DNA of 64,000 nucleotides from Oculina patagonica (Eukaryota): NCBI RefSeq assembly GCF_052425735.1, contig NC_135764.1, positions 9,796,001 to 9,860,000 of the forward strand, read 5' to 3'. Shown piece by piece: positions 50,745 to 64,000 of this stretch (position 1 is its first letter; each line of letters starts with the position of its first letter). The notes under the pieces were generated by a model. It saw only the letters and a program-made list of their open reading frames with translations, ran no database searches and was not told where the DNA came from. The position numbers and the translations under genes were made by a program.

Positions 50745-51146
50745 CGGAACAATTCCTGGTGCCTGGCCTCTTCTTCCCCGAATTTTTCATAAACAATGCT
50801 CTTAAATGGACCATTACAGTGGTTTTTCGTTGACTCAAGCACTTTCGCCAATTCGTGTTCTTTTAAGTCTGTCAAGTTTGACACACTTTTTGGAAGGTCC
50901 CATTTTCTGGAAATAAATCATGCCGTTTAAAATGTATAAAAATAACAGAGTAACATATACAGTTCTATAGAAACAAATTTCACGTAAGAAGGTTACGAAA
51001 ACTATAAAGAAATGCCTATTACATTCTTAGAAAATAGTTTAGTGAGCTCACTGAGAAAATAATTCTCGGCACAGATCGATAAGAAAAATATGCTAGTCTG
51101 CACTCAGAAAGCCTGTAATTGTCGTCAGGGACACAGTGACAGACCC
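50745..51146 (+). pseudogene. Second copy of the trypsin-like pseudogene, 3' part deleted
   Basis: Near-identical to 21193-21591, then joined to the equivalent of about 22227 through shared GACCC. Confidence 0.65.
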
Positions 51147-52764
51147 TGGGAAGCGAGCCAACTTTTGCCCATGTAAATCTTTCGCTCTTTTTGACTCGCC
51201 TACAAGAGGCAATTTAGGACATACAGAGCTAGCGCGACACAAGGAGGGTCAATTCTTGGCCCTGTTGACAGGGACAGCCCTTTTCATGTGAACGCTACTT
51301 AAAAGATGGCTTGGGACAGAGTCTAACCCTCCTCCTATCAGGGACATCTTTTTTTCGCATAAGCAGGCTCCGAGTATTGATTCTCACAAAATTGGTTATG
51401 GTATTAATCGGATTGAATGAGAAAGAGGCGCCAGATTCCTTAGCCTATAGCAAAAAGTTGTTATGGAAACCAATGAGAACACGAATTACATGCGACGCTA
51501 AAAAAATCGCTCTTGATCCCTTTATGTAACTGAACACCATCTAAGCGCTATATATCGCAAGAAAAAGGAAAGCAAAGCAAACCCTAGAAAAGGAAACTTT
51601 TATTGCCAATATTCTTTGTTGTTATCGTTGTTGTTGTTGTTACTCATAAATGAGACTGGTATATAAATTTAACGTTTATTTTTTATTCTTTATGAAAATG
51701 CTAAGACAAGCTTTTTAATTTGCTTTCTTTTATATTTTTCATGAGTTTTAATCTTATTTCTTAGTTTTATTTGTAGAGCATCTTATTAGTGGCTTCTTTT
51801 TTTCATCCTTGGGATATCCTTGTCAACCTGACGAGATGAAAAAAAAAAACATATAAATACATGTAAAAAAAAGCCACACTAGTAGTCTTTGCGTAAGTCT
51901 TTCAAAGTATCCCAACACGTGTTTGCACTATCACAACCCTGTTTACCTGGCGAGACAGCCAATATAGGCAATAACAAAAACATGAATTATTATAAGCTGA
52001 TCTTGTTAACCCTCTGGCCAAACTTTCTCGTAAAATAGACACATGGTTGACATAGCAAATTTTCCTCAAAGAAAGATCAAACAGCTACTAACAATTTCAG
52101 CTTTATAGAGTAAATCATCATCATCATAATAGCAAAAAAAGTCAAAATCAACAACATGAAATATAAATGCCATGCAAAGAAACCGATACGTTTTGAAGTT
52201 AAATTAACTTTTTAGCAATACTGAGGCAGCAGCCTTTAATAAGCCGGCATTTCTGGTGACGTAACTAACGAACGATAACGGTAAGGAATGTCTGTTGCAG
52301 TCAGACCGTAAAAGAAAACATACATATTGGCAAAATTTAAACAATGAGAGGTAGTTGCTTTTATTATCAACCACGTTTGAAAGAAAAAAATGTATGAAAT
52401 CACATTTGGAGCTCTATCAGTCTTTAAAATAATCTCAAGATATGCGCAAATTCGGCGACTTATTTCAAACGCACCCCGTTATTCATGGAGGAAAGGGCGG
52501 GATGGGAAATAATTTATTCAAGTGAAAATACGGACGACTTACAAATTTGGCGCCACTGCGCTATACGTTTAGGTAGTTTATTTAGTCTAAGTTTGTATCG
52601 TGTTCTGGGAGCTTTGGTGTGAATATTCATTGAGAAAAGAAATCAGTAAAGACTTTCAACAGTAAAGAAATGGTTCGAAATGAAACATATCTGTTACAAA
52701 ACCAAAAAAAAATCATGTTTTCTTTTCTCGTTACCTTGATTTGAAATGCTGCAGTTCCAAAGTT

Positions 52765-53617
52765 TCAACCACGGCTTCGGCGTCTACGTCGGAAGAATCT
52801 TCGAAATCGTCGTCCACGACGGGATCTACGGCGGCGAATGAGTCGACGAGCTCCGCGGAATATAAGGAAGGGCAGTATTGGATCAGAAGACTTCTCGACC
52901 AATTCTTTGTCCAATGGATCAGACAAAGAGTTTTCATCCTCGTCATCTGCATCTTCATCGTTATCGTTTTCGTCTTCATCGAAATCCCCATCACCATCAT
53001 CCAACTTAGGGTTGCTGAACAAGAAACGAAAAAAAGTGAGAAAAAAAAGAAAAATGTTTTACACGATGTCTTTAAGAATTGGCGCTCACTACATCAAAAA
53101 ATCACTTGCACAGTTCGACATAATCATAACTAATTATAACACACACCAAAAACGCGGGTACAGTGGTAAATATAAATGATCAACTAACATATGAGAAAAA
53201 TGTAGTATGGCAATGCTTCTATGTCTCTGTCCTTTAAACATTACATTTGAAATGCAAAAGGAAAGCTAAACTTGCTTTAAATTAGGATTGCTGTAGTCAA
53301 ACCCCGAAATTCCTTCTTTTTAATTTGGACATTTTAAGTGTTTTCATATCAAGCCTCGCCTAGAAAGAGAATAAACTGACCATATCTAAAAAAGCAAAAC
53401 AGGTTACCCTTTTTAAATAAAATGTCTTTTTCTCTTCCTCTCTCGACCTTCGTTTTTCTTCACGTACAATCACACTTATCTCTTACCTCTGAGATATGTC
53501 GTTTCCAACTTGTTTCAGTTCACCTTCATACGCCTCGGCTTCATCGTCAGTGAATGGCAATGCCAAGCCTATAGCAAGCACAAAGCCAACAAGAGCTACA
53601 AGAATCAATCCTTTCAT
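52765..53617 (-). CDS. Type B(I) prepropeptide B4, 126 aa; exons 53617-53487, 53014-52765
   Basis: Paralog of B1/B2 with an in-frame 10-aa deletion in the acidic pro-region; mature peptide identical. Confidence 0.88.
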
Positions 53618-56600
53618 CGTGGAGACGTCTTGCTTCGAACTAACAAATGAAACTGAATGTCCCATTTTTATATCTTTGGGTAAAACAGCACTCGGATATG
53701 CCCTGCTGCCAGCGTGCCGAAAAAAGAAAAGATATTGACAAATCACGTCAATATTACTCACTTGAAAACTAAGTTTAGTTACAATTATATACATACGTTT
53801 TTATTTTACTGACTATTTTATGTTTTTAATCGGCGAGATGCCCAAATATGATAAAGCTCTCATGTAGCCGCTGAGTATAGAAATAACTACATGTTATTAA
53901 ATATAACTATATATTGAAGTTTAAAAGACCACCTCTGAAGTTAAGGCGTGGTCTTAACTTCGATCTTCCGTAAACCTTCAAAACGTTTCCCTGACGTCAC
54001 TTGAAACGCCCAACCTTTCTCAACTACTTCACTATGTTGATTAACTTAGTTAATATCGTTGGTATGGATATGCTTTTCAAATAAAGCAAATCCATATTTT
54101 TATATCGTTTATCAAAAAATTTAAGCGCTTTCGGAGGTATTCGCCTTCAACAGAATATTTTAATCTTGAAAAAAGTTAATGTATGTTCGAATTCAATTTT
54201 GAACCCTCAACTGCTTCATTGAAGGAAATTTCAAAAAAAAAAGGTTTGATTTGGTTTTAGAAATCCCCACCACAATGTTTTGATTTTTCATTTTTTTTTT
54301 TTAATTAAACATGGTAAATATTTTTCTGTTACATGGCAACATTAAATATCCTTTTGAAAACAATCATATATCCGAGTACTTATAAGTGAACCCTTGTAAA
54401 AAGTAACCGGAAATGTTTGGATGTTTTGAAATAGAAAAATATTTATATATTTCTCACTATCTTGCCATGTTCGTGTCAATGAATTACTTCCAACTACGTA
54501 ATCACAAGTAAAACGTCAAATCGCGGCTTCCGCTGCCTGTTCCTTGGCCAGAAAGTTCAATACTTCAATCAGGACCGAAGTTTCACAAAAAGCGAGGAAC
54601 AGTGTTGTAAGAACGACTGGGTTTAAAAACTTACCTTAACTTAATTATTCGGGCAATATTACAATTCATAATCCATCAAATATTATCGCTCACGCGCGAT
54701 TGTTTAGTAAGCGTCACTTGACACAATAGGCCCCAACTAAAACTAAAATTGGGAAATATTCGAGGGAAAGTGCCCAAGCGATATTTTCCGTTTATCAACT
54801 TTGTGATTTATGCTTGCACGCTCAGTGTTCAACCAGAGAAAATCGTTAAATTAAACATATGTTCAATAGAACTAAACTTTTTGAACAGACCAACAATGCT
54901 TTGAACGCCAACAGAATTATTTTAACGATTAAAAGTTTTGAGGGAAAAATTTCCCAATATAAGCGACCTATAAATATTTGAAGGATAATGAAAACAATAG
55001 TCGCAATTTGGCTTTAAAAATATGCACGGATATTTGTACTTGGACATTATCTGTTCCTCGAGGCTTCGCTCTCGGAAAACTGTTCACTTCTCAAAACAGA
55101 TAATGTCCGCGGACTAATATATATCTAAACCTCCATTTTTGAGTTAAATGGAGGCTTTTTTATAAATATATTTTCCTGCGTCGTTTCGTGTTTAGTTTTA
55201 GTTTTAGAACTCTCTAACGAACGCAGTTTTCAAGATGTGGTATTCTGCTCGAATTTTGCATAAAGTTGGTAAAAGGTCCTGTTTCCTTTAGCCCTTTGAT
55301 TGCCTCTTAAACCAGAACCCGTATTCATGAATTCATCCTCAGTCATAAAATACTTATTCGTACTTCGGGACGTATTATGTCTGAGCTTTAATTGTAAGAC
55401 ATGTTTGTTGAGAAACTTCTTAGTAAGCAAGCAGGTCCGTTCTGTGAATACTTAAAGGTATTCTGCTTGTTTACTAAGAAATTTTTCTACTCTCATTATA
55501 TTTTCATGCAAACTACAATCCCAGCGATAAGCTCTTTCCAAATGCTTTTAAAGCAGTTTTCAATTACGGTTAGGAGATCATAATGATTGTCTAGTTAGCT
55601 TGGTCACATTTTGATAAAAAGTACAATAGTTCTTTTGCTGATTTAGGGTGATATACTTTCCCGTAAAAGTTAGTTATAAAAACGACGTCCACGAGTATTT
55701 ACATCTTAAAATTAAATGTACAGCCAAAGGAATTGGAAAAAAAAATATTCAATGCACATGTTGATAATGTGCCAGAAAATCACAAGCTAAGATAAGATAT
55801 ACTAGAATTCAAAGTCGACTTTATGGAAAGTTGTTACCTTTTTAACCCATTTTGAACAAGAAAATACATTTAACGCAGCTTTCAATTATGGTTAGAAGAC
55901 CATATAGCTACAAAGCATACATATTTTGGTCATTTAGGGGTAATATATTTTCCCGTAGAAGAAAAACATATTCAACAAAGTATTACTAGAGGTAGTCTAT
56001 CAGGTTTCATTTCTATTTGCTCCTGGTGAACATTGGATAAAGAAAGTCTGTATTGTCCTTTCTGCCATTGACTTCAGCATATTTACCAGTAATTTACATT
56101 TTGAAGTGTAAAAGCAAAAAGAGTACAGATAAAGACTCAATATATATGCTGACAATGTGCCAGAAAATCACAAGCTAAGTTACTCTATACATGAAAGCCT
56201 TCCCTTTTTAACCCATTTTTAATGAGAAAATACAATTATCTCATTTAATCACTGATATTGAAGATATAATTTCTAAAAGCAATACACGACCCTTGAAATA
56301 ACACATTTGCCAATAGTTATACAGTTTACCCAACGTCACTGTATACTAACTTATTTTCGTGTTATTGGTATATATTGTTTTTCAAATCAAATTCACCAGA
56401 ATTAATATCAGGTTGAAAATAAGCTGTGAGTGGATTTGAATGGTCGCATATCATCTAGAGGATACATCATTCCTTTACTAGAAAAATACTTCTGTTCTAT
56501 ATCACTTTAAGGATTGTTTTCTAACATTATTACCAAGAGTTACAGTGCAGCATGCGGAACATTGAAATCACGATTTGTAACAAACAGAACCGAAACACCG

Positions 56601-58272
56601 TATATGAACAACATGGGAGCAAGTAAATGTTACGGATATAAAGTTTTAAGTCCCTAAACGGCAACGCCTGGACCTCGAATAAACGCCGGGACCTCGATCA
56701 AACGCCCCCGGCGTTTATTTAAAAATTAGCAGCTTTGATCCGGCGTTTAATCAAGGCCGGCGTTTAATCGAGAAAATAAGGTAAACATAAATCTATTTAA
56801 AATTAGTTTATTTAAAAATAAATCGAGAAAAAGCACGAAGTGAAAGAAGTAAACACAGCTATCAGAAGGATGGCAGGACATTTTTTGTGTAATTATTTGG
56901 CGTGTAAACATCTTGGCTTTTTTAAGGGCAACAATGAGTTTCTGGCTGGTTAAATCAAAATAATACGTACATTCTAAAACGTCTCTCTGTATAAAATAAT
57001 GAAGCTGGTATCTTTCGACGTTTACTTGAAAAACTGAGTTATTTACATTCAACCATTGTTTGTATGTCCACTTTCAATAAAATACCTAAAATTTATAATG
57101 TCACATTACACTATTCTCCCGCTATCCTTTAGTGAAAGAACCCTAGAAATGAAAAAAACGTATATATATTTTTTTTTCTTTTACCTACTGTTATCCCATC
57201 GTAGCAAATTGTAAAATATAAGATTAGTTAATGATTGCGAAAAGCTTCAACAATGCTCATTCAGTAAATGGAAAGTTATTTGATATTCTCTTCTTCCCTT
57301 GTGCAGTACCGCATTCACAATCATTCTCTATCACCTCGACTACCAGCAGCTTACAGCTTCCCTTCAATTCTCAAAAATCTCTTTATAACCGACATTTTGA
57401 TTTTCCTAAGGATCGAAATTTTAATCAGAATACAGTGCCTTTCTCTTTTCAAACATGACACGGTGGTAAGTCAACCATTTGTCGTTTTTTAATATTGAAA
57501 TTCCAAACTTTCCTTCACGAAGGTAAATTAGTGATATTGTGCACACGATGTGTTACGCTCGCTTGGCTGAACCCAGGAGACAACGCCTGTGTTAGGAGCT
57601 TTTTTATTCCTTCGATGCTGATCATATAATATAATGCTACAAAAAAAAAAAATGAAAGCTGGAATTTGAAAAAAAAAACATTTTTCTTAAATTATCACTT
57701 GTCTTCTGTCTCAACGGGGACCCAAAACAAAAGAAAAAAGAAGTTCTCTAAGTTTTGTCAAGTTTATAGTTATTTTGTTAATCAAAATAATAAATCTTAA
57801 TCTATTTGTAAATAGAATTTATTCTTAGAAGAAATACACCCATCAGGAAGAATTAAGACTTTTTATATAAGACCACCCTCGGAAGCAAACCTCTCAAACC
57901 ATATGCCCTTTAACACAACATTAGGCGATAAGCTAATGCGACTAATTGTTAAAATATAAGTGCTTAATGTGTTACTATTTTATTATTCCACAATATTAAG
58001 GGGAAAGTATTGATCAAATATTTTAAAAGTGGTAATTCCAGTGCCAGTGGTTATATTTGGAAGGTCGAGAAAAACAAGTGTATCAAATAGAAACATAGAG
58101 TACTTGTGTAGACAAACTTAGGTTATTTGGCGAATAACATTAAAGTAGCATTGCAATATTTGTTAATCATTTGGCATCTTGTCAACATGGTGCACCCGAT
58201 TACCTCTCATCCAAAGGTATAAAATGCACCATTTGGAGTTGCTCACAGGCCAGAGACGAAGAAGACTTCACG

Positions 58273-58855
58273 ATGAACAAACTGTTCCTGTTAGCATTGG
58301 TTGGCTTTGTGCTGGCTATAGGCTTGGCACTTCCTTTTAGTGAAGATGGAGATGGCACAAGTAACAATGACTTTAAATCAGAAGATGAAAAAAGGTATGC
58401 TAAAAATAAGCTTAAACGTTCTCTTAAATTTCTATGAAAGACAACGATGTGGCGTGCTTTAACAGTTGCTTTACATTGTTCCAATCACACGAGCAAAATT
58501 GTTGCTGAATTGTTTTTTTTGGAATACGTCAAACAACGCTTGTGCATTCGCAGTTAGTTTGTGTTAAATACTTACACATGTTATTGTCATTTTTTTTCGC
58601 AGAAACTTGAACTGGGATGCTGCAGATAATGATGTAGGTGAAGATGAACATGACTTTGAGGAAAACAAAGACAACAAGGAAGATTACGAAGATGATGATG
58701 ATGACGATGATAATGGCGAAGACGACGAAGATGACGACAATTCTTTATCAAATCCAATAGAGAAGTCATCAGATCGCCAAATTGTACGGCGCTTATTTCG
58801 AGTCCGTCGCTTCTTCCGCGGCACTCGTAGATTCTTCCGCCGCTTCCGTGGCTAA
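58273..58855 (+). CDS. Type A prepropeptide A3, 124 aa; exons 58273-58394, 58603-58855
   Basis: Paralog of A1/A2. AAG|gtatgc ... ttttcgcag|A, in frame; mature peptide identical. Confidence 0.88.
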
Positions 58856-60706
58856 AGAAACAACACCTGCCAGTTCTAGCTATGCACGCCCCAAGTTTTG
58901 AGCTTTCATGTTTTCACTTTAGTTAGGACACTTTTTACTGATAATCTTAAGTCACAGTTTCAACTTCACTTCAGAAATGAGGCGTAAAGATAACAAGATA
59001 ACAAAAAAAAAATGGTAAATGAATACAATAAAAAATCTTCATAGCTAGTCCTTGAAAGATTAAGCCGACTATGGTTCTCTGGGCCTTAAGTGAAGAACGC
59101 CTGAAAAAAAAAACATAATGATTAGCGTGTATTATCTTTAACAACTTGCAAACAACTAATTTTGCGTAGAATTTCGTGTTGATGTTCTGTTATAGTAACG
59201 TACGTTATAAAACGCCATGCAAACTGTTTTTTGTTGTTGTTGTGGTTTTTTGTTGTTGTTGTTGTTGTTCTGTTCTCTTATTTTGCATTTTTTCAAAGAC
59301 TAGGTAGTCAAGTTATTATTGTTTTACCAATAAAATCTAAGAAAGAAGGCCTTTTTTGTCCTGCATTTGGTTGTAATTTTATAATTAATTTATGTTTGAA
59401 ACAATGCCTGAAGTAAGTAATATTTTTGCCGGAGTCAGTAATATAGTTGCTAAATAAATGTATTATTTTCCTTAATTCATTTGTCCCTTAAAGAAATGTA
59501 CACAGAAAAAGGAAAGAAATTAAATTAATATATTCTAAAAGTAGACATCTTCATTGTTTAATCTATACTTTTTTTTTTCTCTACAGATGTACCCTCCATG
59601 AACAAAACTGGAAAAGCCAAGCTCTGTCAATTAACAATACTAGAAAAATTTGATAAAGTAAAGTTTGGAAGCTATGGTAGATAAAAGCGTAAAACTGTAC
59701 TGATCTTTGTTTTATATAAAAAATTAAACGTAGATTTTGTGATAATTATTTTTAATTACAAATAGTTATTTTTTTTATATAAGGTTTTTTTTTTCATACA
59801 AAGTTCTAACACTTTGTAAAATATAAAAAACGATTCTTCGGGTGCAAGCAATAGTTGCGGTTCCACTAGGCCTTTTGCTCTCGGGAAAGTACGACTTTAT
59901 CTAAATGCGAGAGGGGATTGTGTTTTGTGTGTAACCTCAGGACCTACATTGAAACTTCTCATGGGAAATCGCTACGGATACGTTAAAGATAACAAAATAA
60001 TTGCCCACGACATTCCCAGAACAAAGGGTGTATCTAACAACAAGAGCGGTTCCACAAATCGGGTTGAAGTAAATGCCAAATAAAGGAAACGGAAGAACAT
60101 GTTGCTGGGCACATTTTTGCAATTTGGCATTGAACTCGCACCCCATGGCCATTCACATTCTAGTGTTTACACGCAAAAGTAGGCAGAAACTCTCGGAAGT
60201 TTCTTTCCACCAGTGATCGACTGCTCTGTTGTTTAAAAATCTCAGGGACAAATTCTGGGGAAGAGAGAAGAGGGAATGCCCATGCGGCTAGTAACTTGCA
60301 GACGACGATTTCTATAATACTAAAACAGCTCCTGGAGTGAATAAAGAAATCATAATCGTGGACGCATTCTACGGATTTCTTTTAAAACAAGCTATTGGAT
60401 CCGGATCGCTAAGTCACCCTGAGATCGGTGTATAAGAAGTACAAAAACGACCATACGTTTCGTTGCGGCTAGTCCAAGCTCGACCTTGTGAAGTGTAACC
60501 GGAAAAGTATTTGAAGTGTAACGCCGGAAATTATCCAGTAAACCTGTGCTGGCAATTCATGTCTTTGTACTAGTGTACATCACGCTGGGCGGATATTTGT
60601 ACAGGAAAATAGATGTATCTTTTGAAATACGCACTCCGTGGACCGGGCAATCAGAAAGCAGGGACGGCGGATCAATTTCCCAAGTGGGGGGGGGGGGGGG
60701 GGGGGT

Positions 60707-60771
<65 letters not shown>

Positions 60772-62322
60772 CTGACTAATGACTTGAAGTGGGGGGAGGG
60801 GGGCTTAAAAGCTTAAAAGACCCTTCTCTCAGTAGTAAACAAGTATAATAAACAAGCTCCGGGTATTTCAATACTATTTAAACCATTCAGGTTATTGGAG
60901 GATTTTTTTTTTTTTTTTGTTTTTGTCTTTATTTTTTCGCTCCTCCCCTCCCCCCCCCCCGGCTCCGCCGTCCCTGAGTCTTAGCTTGCGTTCAATTTCA
61001 GGAATAAGCAAAACCGAACATAAACACGAGGAGATGAAGAGATGAGCTTGATGATAATTTTTTTTTTTCAAATGTGAGAAAACTTTCCACCAACTGACAG
61101 GGTTAGGCTTTTCGATAGAACGATTGTCAATTGAGTGAAAACATAAAACCAACACCCCTTTAAAGTAATCTCTCTGGTCGGTCACAAAGGACGCAAACAG
61201 TAGAGTGAAATAAACAAACCTGAAGCGATTGCATGTAGCTGTTGCGAAGCGCGGAAAAATGAGTGTCAGCTAGTCGTAACATCTGGCACGATTGGTAATG
61301 GCTGTACCTACGATTGGATGGGAGAAAAAGGCACCAGATTTCAAGCCAATCGCTAAGCGTACTAAAAACCAATATAATGAAGACGCGAATTACATTGACA
61401 CGCAAATGATTATCGTTTTATGCATGTAGCTAAACAGTAGCTCAGTGCACGTGGTATTTCTATCTCAATGATGAAAGGGAAACCAGAACAAACCAATTAA
61501 TAGAGAACATTTATTACCAACGGCTTTTTGTTACTGATAGACAAAACTGAAATATGAATTAAATATTCATTTATTCGTTATAAAAAGGCTGATACAAGCT
61601 TATTCATATGCTTTTATATTCTACATGAATCTTTTAATTAACAGCTTAGTTTCGTTAGAGCATTTTGAAAGTTGCGTTCTGTTATTCTTCATCCGTGGAA
61701 TATCCTTGTAAACCTAATGAGACGAAAAAAGTATACATATTTTAAAGCAAAATAAGTCACGCACATACCCTTTGCGTAAGTTTTTCGTATTATCAAAACA
61801 TGTGTTTGCATTACATATTAGAACCGTGTTTACATAGTCCATGCAAAATGACGAGACGACCAATCTAAGCGTCCGTTATCCGATCAAAATTCTATAACAG
61901 ATATTTTAAGCCTATCTTGTTTCCTCTGGCCAGACCTCCTTCTAAAATGGATCGGACATATGCAATGGTTGACATATCAAAATTTCCGCAAATGAAGTTT
62001 AAACAGCTACTAACAATTTCAGCGTTATATAGCAAATCCCCTATTCAAAATTACGAATAAAATCGATAGGTGATTTATGCAATTGAAAACAAAGTGTTAC
62101 ACAATTGGCTCCAATGCACGAGTCTTTGAGGTCGTTTATTTAGTCTAAGTCTTTCTCGTTTTCTTTGTGAGCTTTGGCGTGATTATTTATTGAGAAAAAA
62201 AAATGTAAATGGTCCGAAACGAAATATATTTGTTAAAAAAAAGCATTTAAAAAACGAAGATAAAAAAAATGTTTCCGTTCTCGTTACCTTCAGTTGATTT
62301 GAAGTCCCTCAGTACCGAAGCT

Positions 62323-63268
62323 TCAACCGCGGCTTCGGCGACGACGTCGGAAAAATCTTCGAAATCTTCGTCCACGACGGGATCTTCGGCGTCGGAAGCG
62401 GCGAGCAAGTCGGCGAGCCCCGCGAAATATAAGGAAGGGCAGTATTGGATCAGAAGACTTCTCAACCAATTCTTTGTCCAATGGATCAGACAAAGAGTTT
62501 TCATCCTCGTCATCTGCATCTTCATCGTCATCGTTTTCGGCGTCATCGTGGCCATCGCTATCTATTTCGTCTTCATCCAAATCCTTATCACCATCATCCA
62601 ACTTAGGGTTGCTGATGAAGAATCGAAAACAAAAAAGAAAGAAAGAAATGTAAATGGTTTACACGCCGTTTTAAAACCTTGGCGCTCAACTACATAAAAC
62701 AAAATCACTTGTACTGTTTCACATAATTTTATCTAATTACAACAAAAATACGCGAGTACACTGAATGTTAAAATACAAATGACCAACTAACATTAGAAAA
62801 ATATAGCATGGCAATGTTTCTATGTCGATGATCTTTGAAAGATACATTATTAGTCGTCAGTTGAGATATGAATTAGCACGTTACATTTAAATTGCAAGGG
62901 GAAAGCTAGACTTGCTTTAGTTTGGAATTACAGTAGTCAAACCCCAAAGTTCCCTCTTTTTAATTTCGAAATACTTTTTTTCCGTGTCGATGCTTTGCCT
63001 TAGAACTTGTTTAAAAGAGAATAAAATGATCATATGTGAAGAGCAAAACAAGGGAGACTTTTTTTTAATATACTGTCTTTTTCTTTTCGTTTCTCGACTT
63101 TCGTCTTTCTTCAAGTACAATTGCACTTATTCCTTACCTCTGAAATATGTCGTTTCCAATTTGCTTCAGTTCAGCTTCATAAGCCTCAGCTTCATCGTCA
63201 GTGAATGGCAATGCCAAGCCTATGGCAAACACAAAGCCAACAAGAGCTACAAGAATCAATCCTTTCAT
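62323..63268 (-). CDS. Type B(II) prepropeptide B5, 139 aa; exons 63268-63138, 62611-62323
   Basis: Paralog of B3; exon-2 protein identical to B3; splice sites intact. Confidence 0.88.
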
Positions 63269-64000
63269 CGTGGAGACTTCTTGCTTCGAACTAACAAATG
63301 AAACTGAATGTCGCATTTTTATACCTTTGGGTAAAACAGCACTCGGATATGCCCTGCTGCCAACGTGCCGAAAAAAGGAAAGATATTGACAAATCACGTC
63401 AATATTACTCACTTGAAAACTAAGTTTAGTTACAATTATATACATAGTCTTTTTATTTTACTGACTATTTTATGTTTTTAATCGGCGAGATGCCCAAATA
63501 TGATAAAGTTCTCATGTAGCCGCTGAGTATAGAAATAGTAACTACATGTTATTAAATATAACTATATATTGAAGTTTAAAAGACCACCTCTGAAGTTAAG
63601 GCGTGGTCTTAACTTCGATCTTCCGTAAACCTTCAAAACGTTTCCCTGACGTCACTTGAAACGCCCAACCTTTCTCAACTACTTCACTTTGTTGATTAAC
63701 TGAGTTAATATCGTTGGTATGGATATGCTTTTCAAATAAAGCAAATCCATATTTTTATATCGTTTATCAAAAAATTTAAGCGCTTTCGGAGGTATTCGCC
63801 TTCAACAGAATATTTTAATCTTGGAAAAAGTTAATGTATGTTCGAATTCAATTTTGAACCCTCAACTGCTTCTCTGAAGGAAATTCCAAAAAAAAAAAAA
63901 GGTTTGATTTGGTTTAAGAAATCCCCACCACAATGTTTTGATTTGTCACTTTTTTTTTATTAAACATGGTAAATATTTTTCTGTTACATGGCAACATTAA

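Larger units (their letters stand above)
20575..64000. repeat. Three tandem segmental copies of the peptide-gene module (about 20.6-29.9, 29.9-48.3 and 50.0->64 kb)
   Basis: Long near-identical non-coding flanks and the same gene order: trypsin-like relic, B(I)-, A+, B(II)-. Confidence 0.85.

Noticed and set aside
60687-60771. Poly-Gly ORFs / long G tract
   Set aside because: A homopolymer whose paralog at about 41460 is only about 22 nt; probably slippage or a sequencing artefact.

Overview
AT-rich, intron-containing animal DNA, most likely a cnidarian (stony coral); this assignment is inferred from gene and repeat style. There are three N-gaps. The main content is a tandem cluster of small spliced genes that the ORF track splits into pieces. 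Each encodes a secreted prepropeptide: a signal peptide, a very acidic Asp/Glu pro-region ending EKSSD(R/P), a cysteine-free Arg/Phe-rich cationic peptide, and a terminal Gly (amidation signal). I can build 8 intact genes: 3 'type A' on + and 5 'type B' on -. There is also an orphan 'type C' exon and two deletion pseudogenes. Most copies sit in a module [decayed trypsin-like gene, B(I)-, A+, B(II)-] repeated three times. The layout matches cnidarian antimicrobial peptide precursors (Hydra arminin, coral damicornin), but I do not recognise the mature sequences, so this is a candidate new family of linear amidated host-defence peptides. Also present: a 4-exon FGF gene, a decayed non-catalytic trypsin-like gene, an L2/CR1-group LINE nested in a TIR element, a Penelope-like element with an inverted pseudo-LTR carrying hammerhead ribozymes, and several MITEs whose empty sites are visible in paralogous copies.
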